A stretch of 64,000 nucleotides of DNA from Candidatus Spongiisociaceae bacterium (GTDB lineage: Bacteria; Actinomycetota; Acidimicrobiia; Spongiisociales; Spongiisociaceae). Location of the stretch: the NCBI GenBank assembly GCA_965262915.1, contig OZ253564.1, forward strand, positions 1,248,001 through 1,312,000. Direction: 5' to 3'. Every line of letters begins with the position of its first letter. The first letter of the stretch is position 1. The translations under genes were made by a program, and so were the position numbers. The notes under the pieces were generated by a model that saw only the letters and a list, made by a program, of their open reading frames with translations, was not told the DNA's origin and searched no databases. This document shows positions 60,988-64,000 of the stretch, piece after piece.

Positions 60988-61937
60988 ATCCCTCCTGCGA
61001 TCTCCGCTTTGATGTGCTCGTCGGCCATCAGCCTCTGCCCGGACGGGCTGAGGATCGCACCGATCACGCCCGTCAGCGCGAGGCCTCCTCCGACGACGTG
61101 CATCATGGTGATCGGCTCCGAGAGTAACCACCAGGCCAGTCCGCTCGCTAACACCGGCTCGCCCCGGAGTATGAGGGGCGGGATGTTGGCGGGGAGCCAG
61201 CGGTAGGACCAGGTCATCAGCAACAGCCCGAAGCCTCCCGGAATAGCTGTCATGTATGCCAGCAGAATCCAGTCGCGGTCGGAGACCGGACCGATGTTCC
61301 AACCGGTTGCCGCCACGTAGATCGTGACCACGACCCCGGCGACACCGAAGATACTCCAGAGCAGGGTGAACGCGTCCAGGTGCGTCCTGGCGATCTTCAG
61401 GCACACCATGTAGAAGGCCCAGCCGATCAGCGAGACTCCGGCTATCGCCATGCCGAGCGGGTTTCCCTCGATACCGGTCGATCCCCCGTACGCAACTATT
61501 CCGGCTCCGGCCACTGCCAGCAAAGCCCATAAGTGGAAGCGGCGGCCCGGTCGTTCTCCAAGGATCGGAAACGCTACGAGGCTGACCAGCAAAGGCATCA
61601 GGGAAGTCAACAATACGACGTCGGTTACCGAAGTGAGCTTCATCGCGGTGAACATCGTCGGTTGGGCAAAGCCGGCGAGCAGTCCCGGCCAGATCGCCCA
61701 ACGGAGGGAGGCCAGAGGCGGTCGGACGCCGAACCAGACTGCCCGGACAACCACGATGACGCCGAATGCCAGCACGATGCACCAGATGCGCCAGAAAGAG
61801 AACTGTACCCCCGTAAGATCGGATGCCTGGATTACGACCAATCCGGTGCTCATGACCACGACCGCGATGCTCATCCCCGCCAGTGGTGCGTTCAGGCGTC
61901 TAGCACCAGGTGTCTTGTCCAAAGGGAGATCCGTCAA
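60984..61937 (-). CDS. DMT/EamA family transporter
   Basis: About ten hydrophobic segments with ILGE and LSEP repeats. Confidence 0.88.
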   Translation of the reverse strand: MTDLPLDKTPGARRLNAPLAGMSIAVVVMSTGLVVIQASDLTGVQFSFWRIWCIVLAFGVIVVVRAVWFGVRPPLASLRWAIWPGLLAGFAQPTMFTAMKLTSVTDVVLLTSLMPLLVSLVAFPILGERPGRRFHLWALLAVAGAGIVAYGGSTGIEGNPLGMAIAGVSLIGWAFYMVCLKIARTHLDAFTLLWSIFGVAGVVVTIYVAATGWNIGPVSDRDWILLAYMTAIPGGFGLLLMTWSYRWLPANIPPLILRGEPVLASGLAWWLLSEPITMMHVVGGGLALTGVIGAILSPSGQRLMADEHIKAEIAGGI

Positions 61938-62022
61938 CCAGCTGTCCTCTCAATGGGTCGGGAAGTGCGGATCCCGACCCGGAACAAGAGACTAGCTGCG
62001 ACCTGTCGGCCTCCCTGAGGGG

Positions 62023-62727
62023 CTAGCCGCGAATGAACCCGTCGACGATCTCGACGAACTCCTCCGGGTACTCGTCTGCAACGTCGACGCCCGCGCCGGG
62101 CATGGGGGCGAAGTGGCCGTTGGCAAACAACCCTGCTCCGGTAGTGCGGTTGTCCTCCCAGAAATGATCCCGGTTGCCGCAGATCACCAGGGTGGGGGCG
62201 GTCACCCGCTTGGCCACCTCGACCTCGTCGGTCCTTCCGATGGTGTGGTAGGCGTAGGACCACTCGGGTCCCACTTGGAGGCGGGCGATCATGGTCCGCC
62301 GGGCGATATCGCTGTTGTAAGCCAAGCGATCCCCCGGCTCGGCGAGCATCTCGCTCATGTCCCAACGGTTGATCCAGGCCTGCAGGACTTCGTTGCCCTC
62401 CCGGTCGTAGACGCGGGGCTTGGCGTTGCTCATGTACTCCCGGTTGATGAAGGCGAAGTGCTCGTTCTTCTCGGGAACCTGGGGTAGACCGTAGAAGAGC
62501 AGATGGGTGACCCTGTCGGGATAGTCGGCTGCTATCCAGAGGGCCACTGTGGCACCGAAGTGGTGGCCCAGGACGCTGTAGCGATCTATACCGAGCAGTC
62601 GGGTGACCCCGTCGACCCGCCGGGCGTACTCGGGCCCGTCGGGCTGGCTGGGAGGCGGATAGGATTGACCGTGGCCAGTCCTCGATGATCGGTTCTGTGG
62701 CCACCGACGGGACGGACAGGTCACCAA
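62023..62727 (-). CDS. Alpha/beta hydrolase, N-terminus apparently missing
   Basis: GHGQS, LGHHFG, PTLVICG; similarity stops just before GHGQS and no clear start is seen. Confidence 0.65.
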   Translation of the reverse strand: MVTCPSRRWPQNRSSRTGHGQSYPPPSQPDGPEYARRVDGVTRLLGIDRYSVLGHHFGATVALWIAADYPDRVTHLLFYGLPQVPEKNEHFAFINREYMSNAKPRVYDREGNEVLQAWINRWDMSEMLAEPGDRLAYNSDIARRTMIARLQVGPEWSYAYHTIGRTDEVEVAKRVTAPTLVICGNRDHFWEDNRTTGAGLFANGHFAPMPGAGVDVADEYPEEFVEIVDGFIRG

Positions 62728-62815
62728 CTCAGCTCAAAGACACCGAGCATCCTTCAGTCCCGCCAGTCACCACTGACCACTGACACCTGACACCTGACAC
62801 ACCTATTCTCCCGAC

Positions 62816-64000
62816 ATGACCGTTACCCGATGCATGGCGACCGAAGTTGCCCGATCCGAGTTCGACAACCTCCCTCTCGAGGCCGTATCGATGGTCAAGC
62901 AGGCGTTGATGGACGATGTAGGGGTGGCGTTGCTGGCCTACCGCTATCTCGATGAACCGCTGGTCCGTTTCGCCCGGGAGGTGGGAGGAGTTGCCGAAGC
63001 CACACTGATGGGCGACGGTGCCCGCGTCTCCGCCGGTCTGGCGGCCGGGGTGAACGCGGAGATGGCGTCGCACTCCGACTTCGAGGAGTCCGGTCCGGGA
63101 GTCCACGCCTTCTCGCCGATAGGCCAGACGGCAGTGGCGGTCGCCGAGCGGGTAGGGGGGTCGGGCCGTGAGATCATCACCGCCATCGCGGTGAGCTACG
63201 AGATCAACGGTCGCTTTGCCCGTAACCTCGCGGATACGAGGCCGCTCATCCACCTCTTTCCCGCCCATTTCCGGCGTCATCTGATCGTCAACCCGGCGCT
63301 GGCCGCCGCCAGGTTCCTGAGGCTGGATGCGGACGCCATCAATCGGGTGATCGGCTTGGCCTGGACCATGGTGCCTCCCGACATGGAGCACATCTATCTG
63401 ACGCCCCGGCTGGGCTGGCCCAACAGCCAGCACAACCTGTGGAGCTGCCAGATAGGGATCCAGTCGGCCATGCTGGTCGCCGCGGGTTCGGGAGGCCCGC
63501 CCGACATCCTCGACGACGGAGCGGCTGACACCTACGACCTTGCCCGCTTGGTCGAGTCCCCCTCGCCCTATTACTACCTGACCCGCGAGATTACTACCTG
63601 ACCCGCGAGTTCAACTTCAAGCCCTGGATCGGCAGCTACGGCTTCATGGGCGGCATGCAGATAGCGGGGCGGCTGACGACGCAACATCGGATCGAGCCCT
63701 CCTCGATCGACCGTGTCGTGTTCCGCGGTAGCGCGGTCTACAACGATCCGGACAGCATCTTCATCGACCCCGAACCGGACACGGCCTGGAAGGCCCTCGG
63801 ATGCGTACCGTGGGCCATCGCCAACGTGATCCTCGGCCATCCGGCCGGCCCGGACTGGTTGGCCCCGGAGAGCCTGGCCGATCCGCAACGCCGCGCTCTA
63901 GCCCGGCGCGTGAGGCTGGAGACCTCCGAAAGCCCCTACGTCAACGAGGTCGAGATATCGGCCGGTGGCGAGACCTACCGGGGCAGGATCCGGCGGGAGG
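62816..64000 (+). pseudogene. MmgE/PrpD-family protein frameshifted by a 20-bp tandem duplication; runs off the window
   Basis: AAGVNA...DFEE...H, SGREIITAIAVSYE; ATTACTACCTGACCCGCGAG at 63570-63589 and 63590-63609; frame resumes as FNFKPW. Confidence 0.8.

Noticed and set aside
60988-61782. N-terminal extension of the 458-aa ORF 60406-61782
   Set aside because: Overlaps the DMT gene in another frame; the RBS supports ATG 60987.
55746-62802. Short CCACTGA/CACCTGA heptamer runs near 55746 and 62770
   Set aside because: Two to four degenerate copies in intergenic DNA; too short to assign a function.

Overview
High-GC, actinobacterial-type DNA. About 0.3-55.5 kb is a mosaic defence island built on a decaying mobilisable element; 55.8-64 kb is ordinary metabolic sequence. 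The island holds, in order: an ABC-three-component (Lamassu-like) system, a broken tyrosine recombinase, a NucS-like nuclease, a 1612-aa MOBF relaxase-helicase-primase, an Mpr-like DUF4352 gene between two inverted dif-like sites, a HEPN-motif orphan, a type III R-M pair, a six-gene Druantia-like operon with a MORC/GHKL ATPase and a PD-(D/E)XK nuclease, an ietAS pair broken by ISL3, an IS110 element whose bridge-RNA guides can be read from the sequence, a second HEPN-motif protein, and an E2-only CBASS with CapH/CapP-like regulators. Tn3, IS3, IS256 and IS21 remnants are scattered through it. The best novelty candidates are the MORC-Druantia-nuclease operon, the dif-flanked cassette and the HTH-fused IS110 bridge system. 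Family calls come from motif recognition by eye; no database search was run.
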